The notes below the pieces were generated by a model. That model was given only the letters and a program-made list of their open reading frames with translations, was not told the origin of the DNA and made no database searches. A DNA stretch of 63,490 bases, counting the filler. It is 9 parts of 9 records of this genome, joined end to end, with 100 filler letters (N's around TTAATTAATTAA, not from the genome) between each part and the next. Parts side by side here need not be neighbours in the genome. Positions count along the whole stretch, not along the records: positions 28,662 to 37,776 come from SRR31147125_117926; positions 37,877 to 43,731 come from SRR31147125_118009; 7 more parts are not named here. The stretch is one strand, 5' to 3'. This document shows, piece after piece, positions 29,004 through 39,222 of the stretch; position 1 is the stretch's first letter; each line of letters begins with the position of its first letter. The position numbers and the translations under genes were made by a program.

Positions 29004-30446
29004 ATGGATTTAGATACTTTAGAACAGGCTCGGATCAGTAAAGATAAGAGCTTTGATGGACAATTTTATTTTGGGGTGACAACAACTAATATTTTTTGTC
29101 GTCCTTCATGTCCTGCTCCTGTTGCAAAGAGTAAGAATGTGGTGTATTTTGATAGCATTTATCAGGCACTAGATCAGGGCTTTGTGCCATGTTATCGCTG
29201 TAGACCTGATATTATGGTTGATTATTACTCTGGTGGTAATCCGGTGCAGAGTATAAATGTCATGTCGGCTCTTGATATGATCTATTCAGGGTATTTGAAT
29301 TCTTATTCTGTAAAAGATCTTGCAGAAAAACATGATCTCTCAGAGCGACATCTGCGAAAACTTTTTAGTGATTATATCGGTATCAGTCCGCATAAAATTG
29401 CCGTATATCATTGAGCTTTATTTTCAAAGCGTCTGGTTCTTAATTCGTCTACTCCTCTGACTCAAATTGCTCTTGCTGCCGGGTATAATTCTGTGCGACA
29501 GTTTAATGCTGCTTTTAAAAAGTATTTTAATAAAACTCCATCTAAGCTTCGTGAGTATGCTTCATCCAGTAAGATGGATAGTGAAGGTTTTATCTTGACC
29601 ATGCCTTATTGTCATTACTTTTCATTTACAGCATTTCTGGAGTATGTCCGTCCGCGTCTGATTGGAGGGGTTGAAAAGATAGAAGGTGAAAGTTACTGGC
29701 GGAGTTTTGAGTATGAGAATAAGAAAGGTATTTTTCAGGTTAAAGATAAGAGTGGATATTTAGAAGTTATTATTTATACTGATGATATTCGGTGTTGTAT
29801 GGAAATTTACAGGCAGGTTCGTAATATGTTTGCTCTTGATATCAATGTTGGTAATATACAAAGCTATTTTCAAAATGATAAAATAATTAATGATATATAT
29901 TATACTGTTAAGTTTTCCGGTATCCCTCAAGCTTATTCGATTTTTGAGTTTATTATTAGAGCTATTGTCGGGCAGCAGATTTCTGTAAAAGCGGCAACAA
30001 CGATTACTGGGAGAATTGTTGAAAAAGCAGGTATTGCTGTAAAGGAGAAAGAAGATTTTTATCTCTTTCCTGCAGCTGGGCAACTACATGAGATAGATTT
30101 GTCTGATATTGGGCTTACTGCAACGAGAATTGCGACCATTAAAAATGTATGTCAGGCAGTAATCAATGGTGAGTTGTCTCTTAAAAGGCATCAGTCTTTT
30201 GGGCGTTTTAAAGAAGCATTCTGTGCGATTAAAGGTATAGGTGAGTGGACTGCGGAGTATGTAGGTATGAGAGCTCTTGGTTATGCTGATGCTTTTCCAG
30301 TTACGGATCTGGGGATAATAAAATCCTTACAGCCATATTGCAAAAATGGGAGTAAGAAAGAGATGCTTGAGCTTGCAGAGAAATGGAGGCCGTATCGGTC
30401 GTATGCGGCATATAGTTTGTGGAATAGGAAGAGAAGGGGTGAGTAA
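29004..30446 (+). pseudogene. alkA: Ada-AlkA fusion (Zn-Ada, AraC HTH, AlkA glycosylase) interrupted by an in-frame TGA at 29412-29414
   Basis: CRPSC...CYRC Zn ligands. The frame continues after TGA as ALFSKRLV...IALAAGYNSVRQFN, then IVGQQIS, GIGEWTAEY, DAFPVTDLG, WRPYRSYA. Confidence 0.85.
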
Positions 30447-30447
30447 G

Positions 30448-30942
30448 ATGTCTGAGTACAGGTATACTGAAATTGCATCGCCATTCTGCAAGATAGTTTT
30501 GGTTGCATCTTCAAAAGGTCTTATTGCATCCCATCTGCAGACAGGTCAGGGTAAAAGGAAATTTACAATTGCTGAAGATTGGCAGAGGGATGATAATTAC
30601 TTTATAGATATAGGCAAGCAGATAGGTGAGTATTTTGCTGGAAAACGACAAAAGTTTGAGCTTATACTTGATCTGCAAGGGACTGCATTTCAGCAGAGAG
30701 TCTGGCAGGCCTTATGTGAGATTCCGTTTGGTGAGGTGCGTAGTTATAAAGATATATCAATGGTTGTGAAAGGGGATGGTAAGGCATGCAGGGCGGTTGG
30801 GATGGCAAATAGCAGGAATCCTCTGCCATTGATTGTGCCGTGTCATAGAGTAATTGGAGCTGATGGCAGGTTGACTGGTTTTGCCCACGGGTTGACTATC
30901 AAGGAAAAGTTACTGAAATTTGAAAGTGAGATAAAAATATAA
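30448..30942 (+). CDS. ogt: Methylated-DNA-protein-cysteine methyltransferase
   Basis: GTAFQQRVW, RAVG, NPLPLIVPCHRV active site. Confidence 0.95.
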   Translation: MSEYRYTEIASPFCKIVLVASSKGLIASHLQTGQGKRKFTIAEDWQRDDNYFIDIGKQIGEYFAGKRQKFELILDLQGTAFQQRVWQALCEIPFGEVRSYKDISMVVKGDGKACRAVGMANSRNPLPLIVPCHRVIGADGRLTGFAHGLTIKEKLLKFESEIKI

Positions 30943-31136
30943 TAATAAATATTGTTACTTTGTTGTTGAGAAGAACATTAACCGAATGAAAATCTCAATC
31001 TGATGATAGATATAATATATAGTTGAAGTTGGCACTTTTTAAATAAATTGTTGCATAGTTATCAAATAGTATTATATGGGTAGTAATGGTTTAAAGGTTT
31101 ATATAGATAATATAAGAATAAAGAGAGGAAATTAGA

Positions 31137-31328
31137 ATGATTATAAAAGCACTAATGTTGATGGGTATAATAGGTATTGCTGCTTATGCAGGGGCGGTTT
31201 ATGCTGGACAGGTTGGCAGCTATGCAAGGTCTGGTATGAGTAGGACAATTGATAATCGTGGCTGTCAGGGCAGGGATAAAGAAGGAGATTGCAAGACAGG
31301 GGATAGTTGTCGTGGTTGTCCGTTTTAA
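31137..31328 (+). CDS. Small exported or membrane Cys-rich protein (63 aa)
   Basis: GAGAGG SD, N-terminal hydrophobic helix, four C-terminal Cys, own terminator, GC-richer than its flanks. Confidence 0.6.
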   Translation: MIIKALMLMGIIGIAAYAGAVYAGQVGSYARSGMSRTIDNRGCQGRDKEGDCKTGDSCRGCPF

Positions 31329-31360
31329 TCCATTTGTTATATTATAGATAATAAGTATTA

Positions 31361-31402
31361 ATGCCTGTAGGTTCAGTAAAGTGGACTTACAGGCATTTTA
31401 TT
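31361..31402 (+). terminator. Intrinsic terminator
   Basis: ATGCCTGTAGGTTCA-GTAAAG-TGGACTTACAGGCAT-TTTATT. Confidence 0.75.
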
Positions 31403-31547
31403 ATATTATAATGAATAATGAAGAAATTATAAAGTGAGCAAGATTGTACAATATTTATATTTGAACTTTATTTATACTTTCAACTAGAGATCAAAATGTG
31501 AAAATTTGTGTTGTCTGGTAATAGGTAGTATAATAAAGGAAGATGAA

Positions 31548-31907
31548 ATGAATATTAATTGTGATAATATTGTGACAAATGAGTTTGCTGAGAAGAATGA
31601 ATGTCGTCAGTGGCAGAAGCATCCTGTGTTTGCGGGTGTTAGTCTGCTGCAGTTGATTGCGAAAGAGGAAGTCAATAATGTTTTCAAATCTTTTATGGTA
31701 AAAGTTGAAAATGGATGTGAGCTGGAAGAGCATATTCATGAGAATGATTGGGAGATGCATGAGGTAATTGCAGGAAACGGGGTTGCTGTGATTGCGGGGG
31801 TTGAGCAGGAGTATAAAATTGGTAGCATTGCTGTGATACCTGAAGGGTTGCAGCATTCTGTCAGGGCTGGTAGTGAGGGGCTTGTCTTACTGGCTAAGTT
31901 TTTTTAG
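31548..31907 (+). CDS. Cupin domain protein
   Basis: HIHENDWEMH...IPEGLQHSV. ATG follows AAGGA. Confidence 0.85.
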   Translation: MNINCDNIVTNEFAEKNECRQWQKHPVFAGVSLLQLIAKEEVNNVFKSFMVKVENGCELEEHIHENDWEMHEVIAGNGVAVIAGVEQEYKIGSIAVIPEGLQHSVRAGSEGLVLLAKFF

Positions 31908-31949
31908 TTTATGAGATAGCTTTTTAGTGGGCTAATAGAGAAGTTATAT

Positions 31950-32753
31950 ATGACTATAATCAAGGAATTTATATTTGATAATTTTTCAGGGATACGGATT
32001 TTGTATGCTTCTGGTGTTGAGCAGTCATTTTTGAGGCATTCACATGATTGTTGTATACTTGGGTTGGTATTGGCTGGTAAGCGTAGAATTGAGTTTATAG
32101 CTGATAGTATAGAATTGGGTGTAGGAGATATTTTTCAGATAGCTCCGTATAAGCAGCATAAATGTATTTTTAATGCTGAGCAGGAGAATGATTATATAGT
32201 TATAGCTATGCCTATCGGGTTTTTTGAAGAGTATACAGAAGATTTATTTGTTCATGAAGAAATATTTGATTTTGAGACAAAAATTGAAGATATGGGATTA
32301 TTAAAGTTATTTCAGCAGGTGGCAGATATTGTTAAGAGTCACCCTGTGGCGATAAAGGTAGAAGAAATTCTATATGAGCTTATTATGCGTTGGCTGGGAT
32401 TGATTAGAGGAAAGATGGAGCATGTAACAGATATTCCTGAGAATTTACAGAGAGGGGTAGAGTATATCAATATGCATTATCAGGAAAAGCTGATGTTGGA
32501 AGATATTGCAGCAGCAGCTTATTTGAGTCCTTATTATTTTCAGCGTCAGTTTCTCAAGCACTACGGTTGTAGTCCATCTCAGTATATTGAAAAAAGGAGG
32601 CTCGGAAGAGTGAGTCAATTGTTGAGTGGCGGAGTGAAAGCAAGCATTGCTGTGCTTGATGGAGGTTTTTCAGATCAGAGTCATTTTTGTAGGGTGTTTA
32701 AAAAACGGCAGGGTGTGACATCTAAAAATTATACGGTTGTTCGAAAAGAATAG
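31950..32753 (+). CDS. AraC-family transcriptional regulator
   Basis: RHSHD cupin, LSPYYFQRQF, GFSDQSHFCRVFK. Confidence 0.92.
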   Translation: MTIIKEFIFDNFSGIRILYASGVEQSFLRHSHDCCILGLVLAGKRRIEFIADSIELGVGDIFQIAPYKQHKCIFNAEQENDYIVIAMPIGFFEEYTEDLFVHEEIFDFETKIEDMGLLKLFQQVADIVKSHPVAIKVEEILYELIMRWLGLIRGKMEHVTDIPENLQRGVEYINMHYQEKLMLEDIAAAAYLSPYYFQRQFLKHYGCSPSQYIEKRRLGRVSQLLSGGVKASIAVLDGGFSDQSHFCRVFKKRQGVTSKNYTVVRKE

Positions 32754-33025
32754 GAATGTGTATTAGACTGAATTCAGAAAGATTACTAGATTAAAGTTAA
32801 GAATAGTTATTAAGTAAATGTCTTTTAAGTGAGAAGGTACGCTTTGATGACCAGAATAAACATGATCGGTATATAGTGATCATGTAAATAAGTAAGATAA
32901 AGAATATTTTGAAATCAGTATTATCTCAATCTGTTTCCTCATGAGTTGTTGGTGCAGAGAATTATTTAGGATGAAGAGAAAGAGGAAAAAACTGGGATTA
33001 TCCGGAAAAAATTGAGTGATTTGTA

Positions 33026-33053
33026 TTGACTTTGGATGTTATTTGTATATAGT
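33026..33053 (+). promoter_or_regulatory. Sigma70-like promoter for the tRNA
   Basis: TTGACT-16 nt-TATAGT about 60 nt upstream of the tRNA. Confidence 0.5.
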
Positions 33054-33113
33054 TGTGAGTCCATCAATTAATAAAAAAACAGTTTGAAACTGCTTTTATA
33101 TAATTAAATATTG

Positions 33114-33190
33114 GGGCGATTAGCTCAGTTGGCTAGAGCACCAGCTCGACAAGCTGGGGGTCACTGGTTCGAGTCCAGTATCGCCCACCA
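33114..33190 (+). tRNA. tRNA-Val(GAC)
   Basis: Acceptor GGGCGAT/ATCGCCC, D-arm GCTC/GAGC, anticodon stem CCAGC/GCTGG with loop TCGACAA, T-loop TTCGAGT, encoded CCA. Confidence 0.95.
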
Positions 33191-33579
33191 TATTTTTATC
33201 TCTTTGTTACATATAGAGATATAACTACCTTTGAGGGAGCGTCCTTCCTGCTGAGGTAAAGATAAAGAATATTAGAAAATATATATTCTAGTAATGACTA
33301 AGTTTGCATAATTTAGAGAGAAGTGTGAAAAAGGGCGCAAGTATCTGACATAAAAAGAAATTACTGGCTGTTTTAAGCTGGTAATATTATATTCTTATGT
33401 TGCTGCTTTGCGCATATCTTGTTTTACCTCTGCTTTAATTTCTAAATTATAATATTGAGTTAATATATATTTTCACAGGGATTGTTTCTTGTGGATTTAT
33501 CTATTATTGAGGTATAGTACTGTATAGATTTGTTGAGCCCTTTAATAATACTTATATGGGTTTTGCTAGGAAGAGCCTA

Positions 33580-35496
33580 ATGATTAATGTAACTTTGCCT
33601 GACGGCAGTAAACTGGAGTTTGAAGGGGCAGTATCAGTCTTTGATATTGCAAAGCGTATCGGTTCTGGACTTGCGAAAGCGGCACTTGCAGGTACAGTTA
33701 ATGGCGAAATGCGCGACACGAGCTCAATGGTTGAAGCTGACTGCGAAGTATCTATTATTACTGCCAAAGATGCAGCTGGGCTGAAGCTTATGCGTCATTC
33801 AGCAGCTCATGTAATGGCAGAAGCAATCAGCAGAGTTTTTCCGGGTACTAAATTCGCATATGATTCGGCTATTGAAGATGGCTTTTATTATGATGTAGAC
33901 TCTCCTTCACCAATCTCTGCTGATGATCTGCAGAAGATTGAAAAAGAGATGAAGAGGATCTTCAAGCAGAACTTTAAGTTTGAAAGAAATGAGCTTACTC
34001 GTGAAGAAGCAGAATCAAAATATGCTGAAGACAAGTATAAGCTCGATAATATTAAAGCTGCTACAGGGAAAGTTATCTCGTTTTATGGACAGGGAGATTT
34101 TGAAGATCTCTGCCTTGTGCCACATGTTCCTTCAACTGGGAAAATAGGTAACTTCAAACTTATGAGTGTTGCTGGTGCTTATTGGCATGGTGACGCAAGT
34201 CAGCAGCAGTTGACTCGTATTTATGGTACAACTTATGCTACTAAAGATGAGTTGCAGGCGCATATAACTCGTATTGCAGAAGCGAAAAAACGTGACCATC
34301 GTGCAATTGGTAAACAGATGGGACTCTTTGAGTTTCACCCGAATGAAGCGCAGGGTATGGCTTTCTGGCGCAATAATGGCACAATACTTTACCGTTCGCT
34401 TGAGAACTATCTGCGTAGTGTTGGTGAAGCCAATGGGTATGAAGAGTTTCGTACTCCGCAGATTCTAAATCGTGAGCTTTGGGAGGTTTCAGGTCACTGG
34501 CAGAACTATGAAGACAAGATTTATACCTGTGAAAAAGATGAGCGTGAATATGGTGTAAAGCCTATGAACTGTCCTGGTGCGGTTATTCTGTACAAGGCAG
34601 ACCTTTACAGCCATCACGATCTTCCACTTCGCTGGGCAGAGTTTGGGCATGTACATAGATTTGAAGGAAGTGGTGAAATTCACGGGCTTGTGCGTGTGCG
34701 TGGGTTTACTCAGGATGATGCGCATGTCTTCTGTACTCCTGAACAGCTGCAAAAAGAAATTGAAGATTGTATCAAGTTAATCTTTGAAGTATATAAAACA
34801 ACTGGTCTTAATTTTGATCATATCGAGCTTTCAACACGTCCGGAGAAATCTATTGGATCTCAGGAAATGTGGGATAAGGCTGAAAGTGCGCTTGAAGGTG
34901 CGTTGACAGAGCTTGGAATTGATTTTGTGTTGAATCCGGGTGATGGTGCATTTTATGGTCCGAAGATCGACTTCCATTTGAAAGATGCTATCGGTCGTAG
35001 TTGGCAGATGGGTACTATTCAGGTTGATTTCTCTTTGCCTGAGCGTTTTGATATGACTTATGTGGATGAGCATTCTGCAAAGCAACGTCCGGTTATGATC
35101 CATCGTGCAATATCTGGTTCACTTGAAAGATTTATCGGTGTGCTGACTGAGCATTATGCTGGTGATTTTCCGCTTTGGCTTGCTCCAGAACAGGTTCGAG
35201 TGCTCAGTGTGGTTGATGATGCGATTGATTATGCCAAAGAAGTTGTGGCAGAACTCAAGAAGAAAGGCATCAGAGCTAAGATTGATGCGCGTAGCTGCAA
35301 GATCGGTGCGAAGATTCGTCAGGGTGAACTTGATAAAGCTCAGTATCTGGCAATTGTTGGTAAGAAAGAGGCTGAAGAAGGTACTGTATCTGTGCGCAGG
35401 CGTAAGTCTGGTGACAAGGGTGGTATGAGTGTTGCCGAATTTGCTGAGTTGCTTGTTGCAGAGATTGAGAATAAAGATTTGCCGCCTCAAGCTTAA
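33580..35496 (+). CDS. thrS: Threonine-tRNA ligase
   Basis: TGS domain, HSAAH, RDHR, KPMNCP, GAFYGPKID, IHRA..GSLERF. Confidence 0.97.
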   Translation: MINVTLPDGSKLEFEGAVSVFDIAKRIGSGLAKAALAGTVNGEMRDTSSMVEADCEVSIITAKDAAGLKLMRHSAAHVMAEAISRVFPGTKFAYDSAIEDGFYYDVDSPSPISADDLQKIEKEMKRIFKQNFKFERNELTREEAESKYAEDKYKLDNIKAATGKVISFYGQGDFEDLCLVPHVPSTGKIGNFKLMSVAGAYWHGDASQQQLTRIYGTTYATKDELQAHITRIAEAKKRDHRAIGKQMGLFEFHPNEAQGMAFWRNNGTILYRSLENYLRSVGEANGYEEFRTPQILNRELWEVSGHWQNYEDKIYTCEKDEREYGVKPMNCPGAVILYKADLYSHHDLPLRWAEFGHVHRFEGSGEIHGLVRVRGFTQDDAHVFCTPEQLQKEIEDCIKLIFEVYKTTGLNFDHIELSTRPEKSIGSQEMWDKAESALEGALTELGIDFVLNPGDGAFYGPKIDFHLKDAIGRSWQMGTIQVDFSLPERFDMTYVDEHSAKQRPVMIHRAISGSLERFIGVLTEHYAGDFPLWLAPEQVRVLSVVDDAIDYAKEVVAELKKKGIRAKIDARSCKIGAKIRQGELDKAQYLAIVGKKEAEEGTVSVRRRKSGDKGGMSVAEFAELLVAEIENKDLPPQA

Positions 35497-35612
35497 TTCA
35501 GGGCGAAAGATGTTTGATAAATATGTGCAGGAATGCACAGAATTGAAGAGTTGTTTTTGAAGTATCAACCGGACTTCCGGTATTTTGAGTTCTTGTTCCT
35601 GGAGGAAAAAAC

Positions 35613-36248
35613 ATTAGCAAGAAAAAGAGTATGCGTCTTAATGATGCTATCAAGGGTGTAGAAGAAGTTCGTCTTATTGGTGAAGATGGTGAAATGGTTG
35701 GCGTTGTGCCATTTGCAAAAGCCGTGGATATAGCAGCTAAAGCTGAGCTTGATCTCTGTGAAATCTCGCCAAATGCAGCACCTCCTGTCTGTAGAGTTAT
35801 GGATTATGGTAAATTTCTTTATCAGCAGAAAAAGAAAGAACACGATAATCAGAAGAAATCTCAGGGGCAGGATCAGAAACAGATTCGTATTAAGAGTTTC
35901 CGTATTGATTCACATGATGTTAAGATCAAACTCAAGGCAACAAGAAAATTTATCGAGAGCGAGCATAGAGTTCTTATTACTCTTATGTTTAGAGCAAGAG
36001 AGAATGATCATCCAGAGTTAGGTCGTGAATTGCTGGTTGAAAAGTTTTTCAAGCCTCTTTCAGATGTTGCCAGTATGGTAGCAGCTCCGCGTAAAGAAGG
36101 TCGAAGAATGACTATGACTCTTGCACCTGTACCAAACCTTCCTAAAGTGCTGAAACAGCGTAAAGAAGAGGAAGAGCGCAAAGCAAGAATAGCTGAGGAA
36201 AGTCTTAATGCAAGTAATGATTCTACAGATATTGTGGAATCTGAATAA
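35613..36248 (+). CDS. infC: Translation initiation factor IF-3 (ATT start)
   Basis: VRLIGEDGE, PPVCRVMDYGK. GGAGG at 35601 precedes an in-frame ATT at 35613. Confidence 0.93.
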   Translation: MSKKKSMRLNDAIKGVEEVRLIGEDGEMVGVVPFAKAVDIAAKAELDLCEISPNAAPPVCRVMDYGKFLYQQKKKEHDNQKKSQGQDQKQIRIKSFRIDSHDVKIKLKATRKFIESEHRVLITLMFRARENDHPELGRELLVEKFFKPLSDVASMVAAPRKEGRRMTMTLAPVPNLPKVLKQRKEEEERKARIAEESLNASNDSTDIVESE

Positions 36249-36364
36249 TAACGTTTTAATAGCTGTTTCACAATTATCAGCATATTATGTATGAAGTTTG
36301 ACTGATAAGATTGTTTGCAATTAATTAATACATAAATAATGTTAGTTTTTTATAGGAGAAAGTT

Positions 36365-36559
36365 ATGCCAAAGCAAAAACCTAGTAAAGGTTTGATTCGC
36401 CGTGTGCGTGTTACTAAAAATGGTAAAGTTGTCAGTAAGGCATGTGGCAGCGTGCACCGTCGTGTTGTAAAGAGCCCAAAACGTCGTCGTCGTCTACGCC
36501 GTGTTCGTCCAATGCATCCAACAGCAGCAAAGCAGATCAAGAAACTAATCTGTGCATAA
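36365..36559 (+). CDS. rpmI: 50S ribosomal protein L35
   Basis: MPKQK..KG..RRVRVTKNGKV, located between infC and rplT. Confidence 0.92.
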   Translation: MPKQKPSKGLIRRVRVTKNGKVVSKACGSVHRRVVKSPKRRRRLRRVRPMHPTAAKQIKKLICA

Positions 36560-36636
36560 ACAGGATGAATGTACTTTAACAGCAAAGTAGTTATAATATT
36601 TTAAAATTTTGAGATTACAATATAAAGGAGCCAAAA

Positions 36637-36993
36637 ATGCCACGTAGTACATATGGTGTAGCTCGCCACCGCAAAAAGAAAAGATTATTTAAAAAAGCAA
36701 AAGGTATGCAGGGCGGTAGAAGTAAACTTTACCGTACAGCAAAGCACGCAGTTCTAAAGGCAGAAGTTTATGCTACAAGAGACCGTCGTAAACGTAAGGG
36801 TGAATTCCGCAGACTCTGGATTACACGTATTAGCGGTGCTCTTATGAATTACGAAGGAATCAACTACTCACGATTTATCTGTGGTCTCAAAAAGGCTAAT
36901 ATTGATCTTGACCGCAAAACACTATCTGAACTGGCAATCAACAGTCCAGTTGCTTTTGGTGAAATCGTTGAGAAAGCAAAAGCTGCTCTTTAG
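36637..36993 (+). CDS. rplT: 50S ribosomal protein L20
   Basis: [36 protein letters not shown]. Confidence 0.97.
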   Translation: MPRSTYGVARHRKKKRLFKKAKGMQGGRSKLYRTAKHAVLKAEVYATRDRRKRKGEFRRLWITRISGALMNYEGINYSRFICGLKKANIDLDRKTLSELAINSPVAFGEIVEKAKAAL

Positions 36994-37076
36994 TTATTAA
37001 AGACTATTATACAGAATTGGATATATTATTTAATTCTGCTATTGCTAAAATATTTGGTCTATTTTGAGACTGAAAT

Positions 37077-37130
37077 TAAAAGGTTGGTATCTGTCTGCAT
37101 TGATCTGCAGATGGATACCAACCTTTTATA
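37077..37130 (+). terminator. Long intrinsic terminator after rplT
   Basis: AAAAGGTTGGTATCTGTCTGCA-TTGATC-TGCAGATGGATACCAACCTTTT, two G-U pairs. Confidence 0.8.
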
Positions 37131-37385
37131 TTTTATATATTTGGAGTCACTATAGTTGTTATTATAATTAAATTGTAGTTTCACAATTAATAATGTTTTT
37201 CTAATAACACTATGGGTAGAAATTAGTCGTGTTTTGCTTATAATATGTAGTAATTTATTGGAGTAAAACAATATGAATCCAATATTCTATAAATGATTAG
37301 AATTGCGTTTCCGTGGAGTTTAGTATTTATAGAGTATAATTATAAAGTAAGAAAATTATAAACTTGGTTTTGAAGGGATAATATA

Positions 37386-37776
37386 ATGAGTCTATTTGAT
37401 GCATTGAATGAGTTGAAGAATGAGGCAGAGACTGCTATAAAAGATGCAGTAGATGGTAGCAAACTTGAAGAAGCGAGAGTCAAGTATATGGGTCGATCAG
37501 GTGCTATTAAGGATATGATGGCTCGTATCAGAGAAGTTGCTAAAGAAGAGAAGGGTGCATTTGGTAAAGCGATGAATGATGCCAAAAATGAACTTTCAGC
37601 TCTTCTTGATGAGCAGAAGAAAATTATTGGGGCTGCTAGTGGTGTTAATCAGAAACCGCTATATGATCCCACTCTTCCGCCATTGAGTCGTGAGGCAGGG
37701 AGTCTTCATCCGCTTCGTCAGACTCGGGATAGGGTTGCTAATATCTTTGAGAGAATGGGCTTTTCAATTGAAGATG
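37386..37776 (+). CDS. pheS: Phenylalanine-tRNA ligase alpha subunit, 3' partial
   Basis: RVKYMGRSG coiled coil, DPTLP..GSLHPL, follows rplT. Confidence 0.92.
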
Positions 37777-37876
37777 NNNNNNNNNNNNNNNNNNNNNNNN
37801 NNNNNNNNNNNNNNNNNNNNTTAATTAATTAANNNNNNNNNNNNNNNNNNNNNNNNNNNNNNNNNNNNNNNNNNNN
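37777..37876. other. Artificial contig spacer
   Basis: 44 N + TTAATTAATTAA + 44 N. Confidence 0.97.
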
Positions 37877-37877
37877 T

Positions 37878-39059
37878 TTTCGCTGGTATGGTCCCAATGA
37901 CACAGTTGCTTTGAGTGATATTATTCAGTGTGGTGCAAGTGGTGTCTTTACCTCGTTACATCATATCCCCTATGGAGATGTCTGGTCTTGTGAAGAGATT
38001 GCTAAGAGGAAGAACCTTCTGGCTGAGAGTAAGCTTACTTGGGACGCTGTTGAGAGTCTGCCCGTAACTGAAGAGATCAAGACACGGAGCGGTGATTATC
38101 AACTGCATCTGGAGAATTATAAAGAGAGTCTGCGTAACCTTGGTAAAGAGGGCGTGAGGGTTGTTATCTATAACTTTATGCCTGTGCTTGACTGGGTGCG
38201 TACTGATCTGCAGTATAAACTTGAAGACGGAACAGAGTGTTTGCGTTTTGATATTTCACGTTTTGCTGCCTTTGAAATTTACTTCCTGCAGCGTGAGGGA
38301 GCAGAGGCAGAGTATACAGATACTGTAAGAGCAAAAGCAAAAGCCTTCTATGAATCAATGAATGCCAAAGAACGTGACGAATTTTGTGCGAGTGTTATAG
38401 ATGTATTTCCGGGGTGTAAGCTCGGGTTGAGTATTGAAGATTTGCGGAGTATGCTGGCGAAGTATGATTCGATTACTCGGGATGTGCTCAAGGCAAACTA
38501 TAAAGCATTTCTTGAAGAAGTAATTCCGGTTGCGGAAGAGGCTGGTGTGGTGATGGCTGTGCATCCTGACGATCCTCCTTACTCAATACTTGGGCTCTCG
38601 CGTATTGTGTCATGTGAAGAAGATATCAAGGATCTGTTGGCGATGGTGGATTCACCTGCTAATGGTATATGTCTCTGTACTGGGTCATACTCGGCACGTC
38701 TTGATAATGATATCCCCGGTATTGTTGAGCGTTATGGTGACAGGATTCATGCTGTACACTTGCGGAGTACTCAGTGTGATGAAGAGGGTAACTTCTATGA
38801 AGCACGCCACCTTGAAGGTTCGGTGAGAATGTGTGAGGTCGTCAAGGCTTTGCTTGCTGAGGAGAGGAAGAGACAGGAAGCTGGACGTGAAGACTGGCAG
38901 ATAAGTTTTAGACCTGATCATGGTGTGGTAATGCTTGATGACTACGGTAAGCCGCCTGTTGAGAATCCTGGTTATACCTGTATAGGGCGTATGAAGGGGC
39001 TGGCTGAGATTCGTGGACTTGAGGCTGGTATTCTCTACTATGAATTTGAGCAGAAATAA
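37878..39059 (+). CDS. uxuA: Mannonate dehydratase, 5' truncated by a few codons
   Basis: FRWYGPND, YNFMPVLDWVRT, HPDDPP, CTGS, RPDHG. Confidence 0.95.
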   Translation, partial: FRWYGPNDTVALSDIIQCGASGVFTSLHHIPYGDVWSCEEIAKRKNLLAESKLTWDAVESLPVTEEIKTRSGDYQLHLENYKESLRNLGKEGVRVVIYNFMPVLDWVRTDLQYKLEDGTECLRFDISRFAAFEIYFLQREGAEAEYTDTVRAKAKAFYESMNAKERDEFCASVIDVFPGCKLGLSIEDLRSMLAKYDSITRDVLKANYKAFLEEVIPVAEEAGVVMAVHPDDPPYSILGLSRIVSCEEDIKDLLAMVDSPANGICLCTGSYSARLDNDIPGIVERYGDRIHAVHLRSTQCDEEGNFYEARHLEGSVRMCEVVKALLAEERKRQEAGREDWQISFRPDHGVVMLDDYGKPPVENPGYTCIGRMKGLAEIRGLEAGILYYEFEQK

Positions 39060-39222
39060 ATTCTAACAATATTAACAGGCTGTCGCTAGCTGTGTTACTG
39101 CGGTAGCAGAATATAATTACATTAAAACTATTCATTGACTGAGACTTATATACTCTTTTGAAGATTATGGTGTAGATATGATTTTACTGCCCGACAGCAT
39201 ACTGACAGGAAGAAAAAATAAG

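Noticed and set aside
29412..29450. Selenocysteine or genome-wide UGA recoding
   Set aside because: The position is in an HTH helix, not a Cys site, and the hairpin is too small for a SECIS. No other in-frame TGA occurs in thrS or neighbouring genes, where Trp is TGG.
33191..33579. T-box leader upstream of thrS (and of pheS at 36994-37385)
   Set aside because: No T-box consensus (GGTGGNACCGCG) was seen. The 37077 hairpin is explained as the rplT terminator.
34100..34140. ThrRS editing motif DLCLVPH instead of DLCRGPH
   Set aside because: The catalytic Cys and His and HxxxH are retained, so this is ordinary divergence.
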